A DNA stretch of 32,000 bases from an uncultured Opitutales bacterium (GCA_934660865.1 CAKUIA010000001.1:1-32000); one strand, 5' to 3'. Positions 6,740-14,464 are shown, counted from the first letter of the stretch. The notes: generated by a model not told the origin, from the sequence alone. Translations and numbers: made by a program.

Positions 6740-8524
6740 CTACTTTTTTGCCGCAAACTTGTCGTCTATAATTTTAACGCATTGCTCGGGCGTGCCCGCG
6801 TTTTTGCATGCGCTTTCCATAGGGCACATTCCGTCGCGCTTTGCGTTTTGAATGAAAGGCACAAGGTTTTTGTACGAAACTTCTATCCTTGCCTTTTTTA
6901 ACATAGCCAAAGCGGGGCTGCTTAAAGTTTCGGCATACACTTGCGAAACCGCCCCCATTGCAAAAACGGCAGCAGCCGCCTTGCCCACCGCCTTGTCGGC
7001 AACTATTGCGCCCTTTAGCAGCGCGGGCTCGTCTTTGTATATTTTATAAAGTTCGTCCAACCCGCGGCCTGTATAGGTGCGAATGTCGCCGTTGCCTATA
7101 ACAAGGGTATAGTTTTTGCCGTCTTCGGCAAACTTTGCCTTTACATCGCCGATTAAAGCCGCCGTGCGCTTTAGGTTTTTAACATAGGCGTCTATGCGGC
7201 GCAGCTCTTTGGGAATGTCTATGCCCTGCGGGCAGTGCGGGCGGCACTGGTCGCAACCCGTGCAGTGGCTTGCCTGCCTAAGCTTCGGAACGGAGCGGTC
7301 GTAGCCTACAAGGTAGGCGCGGCGCGCCATGGCGTAGTTTTTGTCCAAAGTGCTTTCGGGCGTTAAACGCTCGTTTAGGCATTTGTTGTAGTGCAGCAAA
7401 ATTGCGGGAATATCCAGCGCATACGGGCACGGCATACAATATTTGCAGTCGTTGCAGGGTATGTTGTTAAATTCGAGCATTGTTTTTGCAATTCCTTCCA
7501 AAAACTCCAGCTCTTCGGCGGTAAGCGGCTTTAGCGGCGCAAAGCTGCGAAGATTGTCCTTTAAATGCTCCATTTTTGCCATTCCGCTAAGAACGGTTAA
7601 AACTTTGGGGAAAGTTCCCGCAAAGCGGAACGCCCACGAAGCAACGCTGCGGTCGGGCTCTTTTTGCTTAAATTCGGGAACTATTGTGTGCGGTATAGAC
7701 GAAAGCCTGCCGCCCAAAAGAGGCTCCATTATAACGGCGGGAATATTGCGCTTTTCAAGCTCCCCATACAGATATTCGGCGTTTGTGTTGCTTTTGTTTA
7801 TCTCTTTGGCGTGCTTCCAGTCTATGTAGTTTAGCTGAATTTGCACAAAGTCCCATTTGTATTCGTCGTGCTTCGAAAGCAGGTAGTCGAAAACCTTTAT
7901 GTCGCCGTGGTACGAAAAACCGAGATTGCGTATTTTGCCCTTTTTGCGCTCCTCCAGCAAAAAGTCCAAAATGCCGTTGTCTATGTAGCGCTGTTTAAAG
8001 GCCTGCATGCCCGAACCGGTGCCCACCGCGTGCAAAAGCATATAGTCGATATAGTCTACCCTTAGGTTTTTAAACGAGTTTTCGTACATCTTAATCGAAG
8101 CCTCGCGCGGGTGCGTGGCCGTCGCAAAGTTGGAAAGCTTTGTGGCTATAAAATATTTGTCGCGCGGGTGCCTGCTTAACGCTATGCCAGTGGCCTTTTC
8201 CGATTCGCCCCTGCAATATGCCGGAGACGTGTCGAAATAGTTTACCCCGTTGGCTATCGCATAGTCTACAAGCTCGTTTACGGCGTTTTGGTCTATAATG
8301 CCGCCAGCTTCCCTGGCGGTTTTGCCGTCTATCGAGGGCCAGCGCATGCAGCCGAAACCCAAAAGCGAAACCTTTTCCTTTGTCTTTGGATTTTCGCGCA
8401 TTGTCATTTCGCCGTACTTTTCGGGCTTTGAATTGTCGGAACACCCGAAGAGTGCGGCCGACGCCGCAGTTGCCGAAATACCTTTAATAAAAGTTCTTCT
8501 TTTGAAAGTGTTTTTGTTTTCCAT
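6740..8524 (-). CDS. Tat-signal aldo/keto reductase with C-terminal Fe-S motifs (COG1453-like) fused to a TM1506/DUF1893-like domain
   Basis: The N-terminus KRRTFIKGISATAASAALFGCS has a twin-arginine motif, an h-region and a possible lipobox Cys. The AKR core contains GFGCMRWP, NYFDTSPAYCRGESE, YIDYMLLHAV, GKIRNLGFSYHG, WDFVQIQLNYIDW and VLSGM. Cys motifs are CNDCKYCMPCP and CTGCDQCRPHCPQGIDIP (7232..7456). The last ~125 aa (6743..7117) read YTLVIGNGD...GAIVADKAVGKAAAAVFAMGAV...GMCPMESAC. A GGA-containing SD-like element precedes the ATG. Confidence 0.8.
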   Translation of the reverse strand: MENKNTFKRRTFIKGISATAASAALFGCSDNSKPEKYGEMTMRENPKTKEKVSLLGFGCMRWPSIDGKTAREAGGIIDQNAVNELVDYAIANGVNYFDTSPAYCRGESEKATGIALSRHPRDKYFIATKLSNFATATHPREASIKMYENSFKNLRVDYIDYMLLHAVGTGSGMQAFKQRYIDNGILDFLLEERKKGKIRNLGFSYHGDIKVFDYLLSKHDEYKWDFVQIQLNYIDWKHAKEINKSNTNAEYLYGELEKRNIPAVIMEPLLGGRLSSIPHTIVPEFKQKEPDRSVASWAFRFAGTFPKVLTVLSGMAKMEHLKDNLRSFAPLKPLTAEELEFLEGIAKTMLEFNNIPCNDCKYCMPCPYALDIPAILLHYNKCLNERLTPESTLDKNYAMARRAYLVGYDRSVPKLRQASHCTGCDQCRPHCPQGIDIPKELRRIDAYVKNLKRTAALIGDVKAKFAEDGKNYTLVIGNGDIRTYTGRGLDELYKIYKDEPALLKGAIVADKAVGKAAAAVFAMGAVSQVYAETLSSPALAMLKKARIEVSYKNLVPFIQNAKRDGMCPMESACKNAGTPEQCVKIIDDKFAAKK

Positions 8525-8555
8525 ATTAAAAAATCCTTCTTTTGCAAAAGGTTAA

Positions 8556-10073
8556 CTACAATATGTTGTGAACTAAAACCGCCTCTACGCAGATTGCCGA
8601 AAGCGGACGGGCCGGGCACAAATTCTCGCATGCGCCGCAGCCTATGCAGCGGGCTTCGTCTACAACGGGCACCTTGCGCGATTTCGGGTTTTTGGCGTCT
8701 TTTGCCACCATTGTAATTGCGCTTGTCGGGCACTGCCTAAAGCAGTTGTCGCACTGCATTTCGTCGGTATTTACTATGCAGCGGCCCAAATGCACCTTTG
8801 CCATGCCGATTTGAACCGAAGACTTTTCCGCCATGCTTACAGGCAATATTGCGCCCGTCGGGCAAACTTTTGAGCACTCTATGCAGTCGGTTGCGCAATA
8901 ACCGCGCAAATAGCTCATATTAGGCTGCATAAAATTACCAAGTTTGTAGCTGGGCTCTAGAACATGCGAAGGACACGCCGAAACGCACAACTGGCATGCC
9001 GTGCACTTTTCCGACAAGTGTGCCGCGCTTTGCGCGCCTGCGGGAACTAGCGGAATTTCCCTTTCGGGGTTTTTGCGCGGTTTAATAGGGGCAAAACCGC
9101 CGTCTACGGTTTTTTCGGCGGCGTTTGCCGTGGCCGAGGCCGCCACCGTAAACAACGTCGCAAAAAAGCCGCGCCTGCCCTTTGATTTGCCTAAATCTAC
9201 CTTTTTCGGCGAAAGCCTGTTTGCCGTGTTTTTCAAAACGCCCTCGTTTTTCCTGCCCAATGCAAACTTATACGAAATTGCCGAATTTCTGCACTTTTTT
9301 ACGCAGTTAAAGCAATCTACACAGCGCGAATAGTCTATCTCGTGCGCCTTTGGGTCTATACATTTTGCCTTGCAGTTTCTCGCGCACAAGCCGCACGAAT
9401 TGCATTTCGACAAATTTATAATGGGCCTGAAAAACGCGAACCGCGAGAAAAACCCCAAAAAGGTGCCAACGGGGCAAACCGTGTTGCAATAGCCCCTGCC
9501 CGTGCGCCATGCAAAAACGGCAACAACTGCAAAAGTGGCCACGGCCACCGCCAATATGGCAAAGCCCTTAAACCAAACTTCTACGGGGTAAAAGGTATAT
9601 CCGCCCGCCTTTTCGGAGAAAAACGACAACACGTTTTCGCCCAACGCCCAAATTGGGGCAAACAAGTTCGATGCTATTCTGCCGTATGCGCTATACGGCG
9701 CAATTAAAGCCGCCACCGAAACAAAACCCAGCGCAAACACCGCAACAAACGCGGCCAAAAACGCCATTCTTACGGCAGTTTTTGGCTTTGCATACGCAAA
9801 TTTGTTGCGCTTGCGCGAGGCCGCCACATGCGAAACAATGTCTTGAAAAACGCCCAGCGGGCATATAACCGAACAGTATATGCGGCCGAAAAGCAGCGTC
9901 AACAAAAGCAAAATTGCAACCGCTAAAAAGTTTGCGGCAAGCAATGCGGGCAAAAACTGCATTTTGGCCAAAAAGCCAATTTCATTTTGCGCCGTGCCCG
10001 AAAAGTCGACAAACAGCCACGTTATTGCGCAAAAAAATACCGCGGCAAAAACAATCCTTAATCTGCGTAACAT
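8556..10073 (-). CDS. Membrane polyferredoxin: NapH/MauN-like N-terminal half fused to a NapG/MauM-like C-terminal half
   Basis: The N-terminal half has several TM helices, two CX3CP motifs (CSVICPLG, CNTVCPVG) and two ferredoxin motifs (CNSCGLCARNC, CVDCFNCVKKC). An internal GRRGFFATLFTVAASATANA segment lies at 9120..9188. The C-terminal half has LVPAGAQ plus four cluster motifs (CTACQLCVSACP, CATDCIECSKVCP, C...CDNCFRQCP, CIGCGACENLCP). An AAGGA SD sits 7 nt upstream of the ATG. Confidence 0.75.
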   Translation of the reverse strand: MLRRLRIVFAAVFFCAITWLFVDFSGTAQNEIGFLAKMQFLPALLAANFLAVAILLLLTLLFGRIYCSVICPLGVFQDIVSHVAASRKRNKFAYAKPKTAVRMAFLAAFVAVFALGFVSVAALIAPYSAYGRIASNLFAPIWALGENVLSFFSEKAGGYTFYPVEVWFKGFAILAVAVATFAVVAVFAWRTGRGYCNTVCPVGTFLGFFSRFAFFRPIINLSKCNSCGLCARNCKAKCIDPKAHEIDYSRCVDCFNCVKKCRNSAISYKFALGRKNEGVLKNTANRLSPKKVDLGKSKGRRGFFATLFTVAASATANAAEKTVDGGFAPIKPRKNPEREIPLVPAGAQSAAHLSEKCTACQLCVSACPSHVLEPSYKLGNFMQPNMSYLRGYCATDCIECSKVCPTGAILPVSMAEKSSVQIGMAKVHLGRCIVNTDEMQCDNCFRQCPTSAITMVAKDAKNPKSRKVPVVDEARCIGCGACENLCPARPLSAICVEAVLVHNIL

Positions 10074-10272
10074 TGAACAATCCTTTTGTTAGATTAACTG
10101 CAACATTTATATTATAGTTGCGGTTTTTTGTAAATATATATTTCTTTCAAAAATCTGCCTAATTGCACCAAATGTAAATATATTGAAAATCCAAAAAGGG
10201 GAAAGTTGGCCCCGAAAAATATTCAAAAAACATTTGAAAAAATTCCGTACAACAATGAAAATTCCGTAAAAT

Positions 10273-11376
10273 ATGGATTCGACGAAAAGATTTAATGTGC
10301 TTTTGATTTCTCCAAATCTGGGCGACTATATGACAAACAAGCTGGCCTTATGCCTGTCCGAAAACAAGCACGTTGCAAAGTTTACGCTTGCGGGCATGTC
10401 CAGAAGCCGCAATGCCGACAAAAACGGCATTGCCCTTGCCCGTTTCGAATCGGCAAACTTTTTCGGCAGAATTTTGCAATACCCTGCAATACTTTTCAAA
10501 ATAAGAAAACTGCTAAAAGACAGCGACGTTGTCGTTTCGTGGTCGCTAGACACCTCGCTTTTATGCGCGCTTGCCGCCAAATTTACGGGGCTTAAAGGCA
10601 AAAAGTTTGTATATTTTTACAGCGACGTGCACTACATGTGCACAAAAAAAGACTCTCTTATATCCAAAATTTTGCGCTTTGCGGAATGTTTTAACGCAAA
10701 GCATGCAAATGTAGTGGCCTTTACAAGCCCTTTGTATAAAAGCGAATATTTCGAAAAGATTGCGGGGCTTAAAATAGACAACTACGTTTTGGTGGAAAAC
10801 AAAGTCCCCAAAACTTCGGTCGAAAAGGTATTGGGCACTTTTGACCCCAAAAATAGGGATTTCTCGCAGCCGACCATAGGCTACTTCGGGCTGCTGTGCT
10901 ATAAGGCCACCTACAAATTTATGGTAAAAGCGGCAAAATCGGGCATAAAGACATATTTTAGGGGCAAGTTTTCGCCGCAAACAACAGACCATATAGATTC
11001 GTCTATAGAATATTCCGGGCCCTATAAAAACCCCGACGACCTGCCCGAAATGTATTCGAAAATAAATATGCTGTATATAATACACGATTTGGCCCTCGGC
11101 ACAAACAACCAGTGGGCAATGTCGAACCGCTTTTACGACGCATTGATGACCCAAACGCCCATTGTTGTGCAAAAAGGCACGGCAAACGAAAAGTTTGTGC
11201 TCGAAAACGACATAGGAATTTCGGTAGACATATACAATCCCGAAGAATCCGTAAAAAAATTGAAAGCCGTAAAAAAAGACGACCTTGTTAAATGGCACAA
11301 CAACATTGCAAGGCTAGCTCCCCATTACTATATGCTAACCGACGAATACGACAGGCTTTTCGAAAAAATAATGTAG
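10273..11376 (+). CDS. Putative glycosyltransferase (GT-B-like), weakly supported function
   Basis: This 367-aa ORF has natural amino-acid composition, whereas its antisense ORF is junk. The C-terminal segment ...NRFYDALMTQTPIVVQKGTANEKFVLENDIGISVD... parallels the E-x7-E/nucleotide-sugar region of GT4-type enzymes. The start is uncertain (ATG at 10273 or 10330) and there is no clear SD. Confidence 0.4.
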   Translation: MDSTKRFNVLLISPNLGDYMTNKLALCLSENKHVAKFTLAGMSRSRNADKNGIALARFESANFFGRILQYPAILFKIRKLLKDSDVVVSWSLDTSLLCALAAKFTGLKGKKFVYFYSDVHYMCTKKDSLISKILRFAECFNAKHANVVAFTSPLYKSEYFEKIAGLKIDNYVLVENKVPKTSVEKVLGTFDPKNRDFSQPTIGYFGLLCYKATYKFMVKAAKSGIKTYFRGKFSPQTTDHIDSSIEYSGPYKNPDDLPEMYSKINMLYIIHDLALGTNNQWAMSNRFYDALMTQTPIVVQKGTANEKFVLENDIGISVDIYNPEESVKKLKAVKKDDLVKWHNNIARLAPHYYMLTDEYDRLFEKIM

Positions 11377-11454
11377 CCTTGGTGTTCGGCAATGCAAACT
11401 TGGCGTTCCGGTTTTCCAGAATATATAAAAGCCGCCCCCGCTATTTGCACAAAA

Positions 11455-11482
11455 AAACGGCACTTTTTGAAAGTGCCGTTTT
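11455..11482. terminator. Bidirectional intrinsic terminator between the convergent GT-like and GH13 genes
   Basis: AAACGGCACTTT / AAAGTGCCGTTT form exact complementary 12-nt arms (11455..11466 and 11470..11481). An A-run lies upstream and a T-run downstream. Confidence 0.65.
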
Positions 11483-11500
11483 AAATGTGGCTGGCAACGA

Positions 11501-13015
11501 CTATTTTAGCTTGACTACAACATACCCGTAGGCCTGCAGGTGCGCCGTTGTGTTTTGCCCATTGCCGTCGAGCTTTGCGGCATATTCCAAAAGCGTTTTT
11601 GCCCCCCTTGTATCTAGCTTAATATCGGCCGAAACGGGCTTGTTTTTTGTGTTTACAACAACCGCGATTTTTTCGCCGCGGCTCTCTCTTGTAAAGCAAA
11701 GTACGTCTTTGGCGGCCGAGCATTGCGGCCACTTTGTTTGGCCGTCGTACAAGGCGCGGTATTGGCTTTTCATTTGCGAAAGCTTTTTAAGCAAATCCAT
11801 TCTCCTTTTGCCCGAATCGGTAAGCGCGTTTTGCCAACCTACAAAATAGCGGCCGTGCTTGGGCGACGAAAACATCGAAAAATAGCTGTCGTCGGCAATT
11901 TCGTTGCCCGAAAAAATCATCGGAATGCCGTCTATGGTGTAGTTTATCACAAAAACGGCGTCCATACCGCGGTGGCCGAACAGCTTTTCGTAGCGGGCGT
12001 TTGCGTTCATGCAAATGTCGCTTGCAGTATCGTGGTTGTCTATGTCTCTAAGCAGCCTAGAGCCCTTGGCGTATTTGTTTAAGTCCGATTCCCACTTGGC
12101 CTTAAGCGCATCGGCGTCGGCCTTGCCCGAAAACACCTTTGCAAGCTCCCTTTGCCAAACAAAGCCGTAGGTTGCGTCGTAGGCGTCTACCTGGCTGTCG
12201 GCGCGGCGGCTTTCGGCAAGCATAAACAAGTCGCCTTTTATTTTGCTTATGCGCTTGTAGCCTTCGGCCCAAAAGTCTTTGGGAACCGACCCTTCAACAT
12301 CGGTCCTATATCCGTCTATGTCGAATTTTTCCACAAAATACTCCATATTGCACCACATTTTTTCGCGCAATTTCGGGTTGTTAAAATTAAGCTCCGGGAA
12401 GCCCCACTTGCCGTTTTTAACGTTGCCGTTTTCGTCGCATACAACAAGGTTTTTGTCTTCGGCAATCATTGTGGCTTTGGGACCGCAGTGGTAGTAAACT
12501 AAATCCAAAATTACCCTTAGCCCCAATTTGTGCGCGTCGGCCACAAAATTTTTAAGGTCGGCGTCGGTTCCGTAGTCGGGCTCTATGGCAAAATAGTCTT
12601 TCAGCCTATAGGGATTTTTCGGGTTGCCCGTGTTCGACGCCCTTTGCCTTTTGCTCCAAAAGGCCCGGTCGTTATCGTCGTCTATCATAACTACGGGGCA
12701 CAAATACACAACATTTGCACCGCAGTCTTTTATGTGCGGCAACATTTTGCGTGCAGCGTCAAGAGTGCCATCCTGCGTAAATACGGGCAGCAAAATTTGG
12801 TAGACTATTGCCTTTTTGTTTTTTTCGGAAGTTGCCCTTGCCGTTAAATGCGAGGCATTTTTAGAGGTGTCGGCCTCGTCGGCCGCGGTTGTACCCTGCA
12901 GCTGCGCGGTTTTATTTTCGGCAACTTTAGGGGCTTTGCAGTTTACCAAATTGCAGCCCGCCAAAAGCAAAACGGCGGCAATTAAAGCCGTAATTTTATA
13001 TGTTAAATTTTTCAT
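11501..13015 (-). CDS. Alpha-amylase family glycoside hydrolase (GH13), predicted lipoprotein
   Basis: Signal peptide plus lipobox MKNLTYKITALIAAVLLLAGC. GH13 conserved regions are present: GLRVILDLVYYHCG, DGYRTDVEG, FMLAESRR and LRDIDNHDT. The ORF-track start (TTG at 13051) and the ATG at 13042 are alternatives. I prefer the ATG at 13015, which gives a canonical signal peptide. Confidence 0.85.
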   Translation of the reverse strand: MKNLTYKITALIAAVLLLAGCNLVNCKAPKVAENKTAQLQGTTAADEADTSKNASHLTARATSEKNKKAIVYQILLPVFTQDGTLDAARKMLPHIKDCGANVVYLCPVVMIDDDNDRAFWSKRQRASNTGNPKNPYRLKDYFAIEPDYGTDADLKNFVADAHKLGLRVILDLVYYHCGPKATMIAEDKNLVVCDENGNVKNGKWGFPELNFNNPKLREKMWCNMEYFVEKFDIDGYRTDVEGSVPKDFWAEGYKRISKIKGDLFMLAESRRADSQVDAYDATYGFVWQRELAKVFSGKADADALKAKWESDLNKYAKGSRLLRDIDNHDTASDICMNANARYEKLFGHRGMDAVFVINYTIDGIPMIFSGNEIADDSYFSMFSSPKHGRYFVGWQNALTDSGKRRMDLLKKLSQMKSQYRALYDGQTKWPQCSAAKDVLCFTRESRGEKIAVVVNTKNKPVSADIKLDTRGAKTLLEYAAKLDGNGQNTTAHLQAYGYVVVKLK

Positions 13016-13117
13016 AATGCTCTTTTTGTAAATCGAATACATTGTCTGCAAAAAAGGGCAATCTGTCGAGAACTAAGTTTTTTAGTTGCGCAAAAACAAC
13101 GGCATTCTACAAACGAC

Positions 13118-13150
13118 AAAAAAATAGGCCCTCCCCTTTCGGGAAGAGCC
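13118..13150 (-). terminator. Intrinsic terminator of the OMP gene
   Basis: A 10-bp GC-rich hairpin (13127..13150, loop TTTC/GAAA). Its two imperfect positions are G-U wobbles in the minus-strand RNA but C-A mismatches in the plus-strand RNA. It is followed on the minus strand by a 7-U run (13118..13124). Confidence 0.6.
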
Positions 13151-13175
13151 TGTTTTTGCTTACATTTAAGTTAAA

Positions 13176-13985
13176 TTAGAATTCGTAGCGGATTTTTACA
13201 AAGCCCAAATCCGCGTCGGAATTGGCGTCTTGCATAAACCAGTGCTGGTATTCTACGCTGGCAACCATATTGCAGGTAAATTTCCATGCAAATTCCGCAC
13301 CCAATACTTGATAGTATGTGAAGGGAGCCGATTCTACACGGTTGTACGAATATTTGGGGGTAAACGAGAAATCTTTGCAGAATGCAATTTCAACGCCAGC
13401 GCCAAGCTGCCAGGTAAAGAGCATGTCTTCCTTGTCGGCAACATTGTCCATATAGCTGTAAAGACCGCCTATGCCGCAATCGAGATAGGGAGTTATAACT
13501 ACGTCTTCGGTCTTTACCACGCGGTAGTAGGGACGAAGATTTACGGGGAACGCAAATTGGTGCGCGTCGGTATCGGCATTTACACTTACATAAGTGTACT
13601 GCAAAGGAACGGAAACGTCCAAACCGAAGTTGCAATCTTTGCATTCAAAAACATTTACGTTTAGCTGGGCAACTGCGCCAAAGGCAGCCAAGCCGTTTAT
13701 GTCGCCGCCAAAACCGCCGAACGACGCCCAATTTTTACCCAAAGCCGAAACAAACTGCTTTTTACATTCGGCCTTTTTAGCGGGGCATTGTGCCGCGGGG
13801 GCAGTTGCCGCTTCCTGTACGGGTTGGGCAACAACCACTGCAACCGTTGCCGTTTGGGCTTCGGGCTTTGCTGCTGCTTGCTGCTGCGCAGGCTGCGCGG
13901 GTTTTGCGACGGTAACCGCCACATTGTCGGCATTGGCCATGGCCGCAGCCGCGAGAATTGCTGTTAATGTAATAATTTTTTTCAT
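13176..13985 (-). CDS. Outer-membrane beta-barrel protein with an Ala/Pro/Gln-rich N-terminal linker
   Basis: Sec signal MKKIITLTAILAAAAMANA. The C-terminal half has alternating hydrophobic/aromatic beta-strand periodicity. The terminal ...FVKIRYEF ends in Phe, as in a typical OMP C-terminal signature. Confidence 0.65.
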   Translation of the reverse strand: MKKIITLTAILAAAAMANADNVAVTVAKPAQPAQQQAAAKPEAQTATVAVVVAQPVQEAATAPAAQCPAKKAECKKQFVSALGKNWASFGGFGGDINGLAAFGAVAQLNVNVFECKDCNFGLDVSVPLQYTYVSVNADTDAHQFAFPVNLRPYYRVVKTEDVVITPYLDCGIGGLYSYMDNVADKEDMLFTWQLGAGVEIAFCKDFSFTPKYSYNRVESAPFTYYQVLGAEFAWKFTCNMVASVEYQHWFMQDANSDADLGFVKIRYEF

Positions 13986-14226
13986 AGTCTGTCTGATAGT
14001 TATTGTATTAACTGTTACAGTTATAGGTTATTTCGGCAAAAAAAGTCAATTTTAAAATACTTTTGCAATGGGCAAAAAATCGCTTGCAAACCTTGCAAAG
14101 CTTCGTTTTACAAAGGGCAAATACAGGCTCTAAATGGCGCGGCAAAAAATGCGCCCGTTAAACGCAAGGCTAGCTGCAAATATTGCAGTAAAAAGTACAA
14201 CTATTCAAACAAAGCCAATGCAGAAT

Positions 14227-14254
14227 TTTGCAATGCCCGCAAATTGCGTATAAT
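14227..14254 (+). promoter_or_regulatory. Candidate sigma70-type promoter facing nrdD
   Basis: TTTGCA (14227..14232), N16, then a perfect TATAAT (14249..14254). This would give a leader of about 290 nt containing both palindromic elements listed below. The context is AT-rich, so a chance match is possible. Confidence 0.3.
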
Positions 14255-14334
14255 AGCCGATTTTTGCTATATACAGGCAATTTTGCAAAGCATTGCAGCA
14301 ATATTTATATGTTAATTACAAGCAAGTTGCAACA

Positions 14335-14356
14335 TTAGTTTCAATATTGAAACTAA
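14335..14356. promoter_or_regulatory. Perfect 22-bp palindrome TTAGTTTCAAT|ATTGAAACTAA upstream of nrdD
   Basis: Read directly; the sequence is an exact reverse complement of itself. It lies about 195 nt upstream of the nrdD ATG in the 566-bp divergent OMP/nrdD intergenic region. Confidence 0.45.
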
Positions 14357-14464
14357 CATGCAAATTCCTTAATTTTTGAAACTTTTTTATAAAAAATTTA
14401 TAAAAAACCGAATTTTTTGCCTTGTAAAAGACTAAAAATTGCCGTTGCCTATTCAAGCTAAACA

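Noticed and set aside
8539-8550. A 12-bp palindrome CTTTTGCAAAAG between the polyferredoxin and reductase genes.
   Set aside because: It is too short to form a meaningful hairpin because there is no loop. It is built from the same over-represented TTGCAA word and overlaps the SD region. I do not consider it significant on its own.
10096-10125. An imperfect inverted repeat AACTGCAAC-N12-GTTGCGGTT followed by T residues, upstream of the polyferredoxin gene.
   Set aside because: The arms match at 8 of 9 positions and the spacer is AT-rich. No plus-strand gene lies upstream for it to terminate. It could be an operator, but the evidence is too thin to list as a feature.
14056-14300. Recurrent TTTTGCAA(T/A)G / CTTGCAAA motifs (about 14058, 14092, 14101, 14223, 14278). 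Also a stop-to-stop frame encoding ...CKYCSKKYNYSNKANAEFCNARK....
   Set aside because: TTGC/GCAA-rich words are abundant throughout this window, in both coding and non-coding sequence, so the motif is likely compositional. The Cys-containing frame has no start codon upstream of the Cys residues and no SD.
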